64,000 nucleotides of DNA from Orbicella franksi (taxonomy: Eukaryota): positions 62,001-126,000 of the forward strand of contig OZ116712.1 of the NCBI GenBank assembly GCA_964199315.1. The letters run 5' to 3'. This document shows, piece after piece, positions 61,249 through 64,000 of this stretch (positions within the stretch are counted from its first letter, which is position 1; every line of letters starts with the position of its first letter). The translations under genes were made by a program, and so were the position numbers. The notes under the pieces were generated by a model that saw only the letters and a list, made by a program, of their open reading frames with translations, ran no database searches and was not told the origin of the DNA.

Positions 61249-64000
61249 CAACCTTCGATCTATACTTACCCAATCATTCCCGACTGTCTATATAACGAGT
61301 TTAATTGGCAAGCAAAAAAAAAAGGGCGTGGTTAAAACAAATCAGCGCTTAAGAATATTGTCATCTTCAAACTGTACTCCACAAATAAAGTTTAAGATAT
61401 AATGCAAGAGGATCCTTAACTTTTTGTTTCGCATTGAAACAACTCACAGGGTTGCTCTAATTGGTGAATAGAGCTCCCGACTATTCGAAGCTCGCGTTTG
61501 GATGCGATTCTCTCTTAGAAATGGATTAATTAAGTTTAATCAAGTTTCTCCGGGGTCACTTGGTTAAGGAAAGATAATGCTGTCATCACAACATTAGGGT
61601 TTAGAGTTTTCTCATTAGAATAGAGACCGGGTATCTGTCCAACAAGAGCGCCACGCGAACGTGAGACACGCGCGACCAGGGCTTAAGACCAGAGCACGAA
61701 CAGTGTTATCTATCGTTTTTAACCAGGCTTGAGCAAGATTTTGATGACGTGTCTGTCAATTTATTTTCCGAGATTGGGGCCAGCTAGAAAAGATCAGCAA
61801 GGACAAAGGCAGACAGAGAATTCAAATCTCCTGTGAGATTCAAGAAATGTCAAACCACCTTTTGTCTTACGATTCTTTTAGCAGATGGTCTCCAGACTAA
61901 GAGAACCAAAGGCTCTGGAACTAGAGCTGTGACCATCATTGTTCCCGGAGCCCATGTGTGTGTTAGCCGACGGAGCCTAAGCATGTAAGAAAGAAAGGCT
62001 CGCCTGGATGGGTTTGGTTGTTAATGTGGGTGTGGTTATTTGCACATAACTTCCTTTAGATGGTTTGGCTTTGTTTATAACACTGTGGGATTTCTCGGCA
62101 ACGATTTCTGTAAATGGTCAGTGTAGTTCTCTTTGCAACATAGGAAATGTGCATGATAAACCACGTTCCTTGATCCTCCTTTGGCGCTTCCACCTTGCTT
62201 TGCCGCCTCGCCTTTTTGGTAATTTAGTTAGATATTTCCCAGTCGTCTCTCTTTGAAGTAATATGAGCGTGTCGCTTCCGTGTTGGTTCTGTTCGCGCGA
62301 GTGTGACAACAGTACAAGAGAGGGTTGTATTGCTGCCGTATTGAAAGACAGATCAGACACAGGTTTTAGCTCGTGAATGCGCACGAGTTGCGCACGAGTT
62401 TATTCCTTTCAAAATAAAGTCGGAGTTTTGTAGTTTTGCTTTTCACAAAACCTGAGCATTGCGCCCAAGCGCTTGGCTGTGAGACAGCCCGTGTTCCCCT
62501 CCGAATAAGACCAATAATACAAGTTCAATTTTATATTTATATACAAGCCGAGGAGATAACGACTGTGCGGCTTAGAAAGCTGCGAGGCAATAGGCACGGC
62601 GGTTTCTCAGAGGAGTGATAACCCACCAAACGTCTAGCTCGGATTTATTGATTTAATGGACACGAAATACACAGCGAGTCTACGAGATGGACATTTCAAT
62701 ATTCAGGATGATAAGTTTCCGAACCGTGCCACGAAATCTTCCAGTTGCAATGACAATTTCGATCAAACGGTTTCTGAAGTACAGTTTCACGTCTCCTTAC
62801 CAGCTGGCAAACTCTTTCAGTAGGGAAATGATTTAACGGAGAGAGAGAGAGGCGGCATAAAATTGGCGTACTTCAATGCTCCCCATTTCTGTCAAAACGT
62901 GTGAATTTCCTTTTATACCATGCGTTCTGTGATTTTCACGAAAGATTCAACATTGAACATAATAACAAATGACATCAGATTTCGAGTGTTGCTTGACTAT
63001 TTTGGTATCTCCACTTTCCGACCGGTTTGATCACGGTATATATCGTCATACAATAGCTTCTTTTCGTCATTTTCCCATTTCAACATTTGGGTAAAAATTC
63101 TCGTTTGGCGAGGAAAATGTTTCCTTTCTCTTGGGACCGCTTCCCTTTCTATGGACAGGACAAAATGCGGCGTTTGTCACGCTCTCACCTCGCGTGTTTT
63201 ATTTCTGATGTATCCCTCGTTATGTTCACATAAGCCATCAGTTTAGTCAGCTCATGACAAGTCATAAGAACTACAGGAAATGAAAGAAAATTTACAAGGA
63301 CTCATGAACAATGAGATGCATTTTTAGCATCTTTTTAAAATTTCTCTTATTTTATTCTTGTTGAATTATTTGCCTGCAAAATGTTATTGGTGTCATTTTC
63401 GGAAACAATTTTCTTTGGTGGGGAGGGTTGTAAGTTTATAATGCCAACTTATAAACAACTTAGTAACCTTTATTATTACATCTGTATTCCCGGCATTGCT
63501 TGTTATTTAGGAAGTGATTTTCTTTGTGAGGGAGTGCTTTAAACGGAGCACTGACCACGATGAGTTGAGCTTTTATTGGCTCTTTGTTTTTTCGGAGGGG
63601 GCGGGAGGCATTTTCTATAATGAGCTTTATCTTCAGAGCTTTACCCAAGGAAACCCGCCATGTTCCTGGTTTTATTCTTCGCCAATCAGGTGAAGTTAAC
63701 TTGGCATCTGCATCTTTTCTTGCGTGCGGCACCCATTCGCTCAGTTCAAGTCGTGAATACTGGTGATTTAACATTGGTCCATTTCGCTTTTTGTTTTCTG
63801 GGTTACTTTGGGTTAAGCTTGACAGCAATAAACCGTCGCTACAAATAATTGTACAACAACAAAACAAAACAAAAACACGCATGAGAGAAAAACTTCAAAA
63901 TTGCCGGGAAACGGTAACTGCCTTGGACGATATTGAGCCACCTGTACACACAACTTGTTTGGCAGAAAAGGCACTTCGTTCTTCAATTCAACGACCTCCA

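Noticed and set aside
60916-61335. 139-aa plus-strand ORF
   Set aside because: It runs through the GC-rich MITE at 61022-61248 and has no recognisable domain.
63460-63882. 140-aa minus ORF resembling a secreted or neuropeptide precursor (hydrophobic N-terminus, KKR)
   Set aside because: The apparent signal peptide is translated (GTTTT)n low-complexity sequence, and there are no repeated amidated peptide units.
1-64000. CRISPR arrays, tRNA, rRNA, snRNA and prokaryotic or horizontally transferred operons
   Set aside because: No regularly spaced repeat-spacer pattern, no cloverleaf or A/B-box pair, no snRNA signature and no gene-dense segment were seen by eye. tRNAscan-SE and Rfam were not run.

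Overview
Eukaryotic, AT-rich genomic DNA, most likely an anthozoan cnidarian such as a stony coral. This is inferred from the FoxA protein style and the repeat families, not from a search. Two protein-coding genes are well supported, both on +. One is a single-exon FoxA (28441-29328, 295 aa) in about 48 kb with no other recognisable host gene. The other is a 9-exon eIF3K (52846-58562, 216 aa), whose intron 4 has U12 minor-spliceosome signals. Mobile DNA clusters at the flanks: an RTE LINE 3' end and a CRE-like LINE inserted head-to-head in one (ATT)n microsatellite (1.45-3.37 kb), a decayed Penelope-like element with a hammerhead-like remnant (46.9-48.5 kb), a 955-bp non-autonomous DNA transposon with dense TCGA subterminal arrays in eIF3K intron 1, and several MITEs. 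The most striking item is a near-canonical twister self-cleaving ribozyme on the minus strand (59658-59731). It appears to head a compact ~220-bp non-coding element bounded by an 8-bp direct repeat. There is a 178-N assembly gap in eIF3K intron 7. Most ORF-track entries are spurious. No tRNA, rRNA or CRISPR array was seen. All identifications are by eye; no searches were run.
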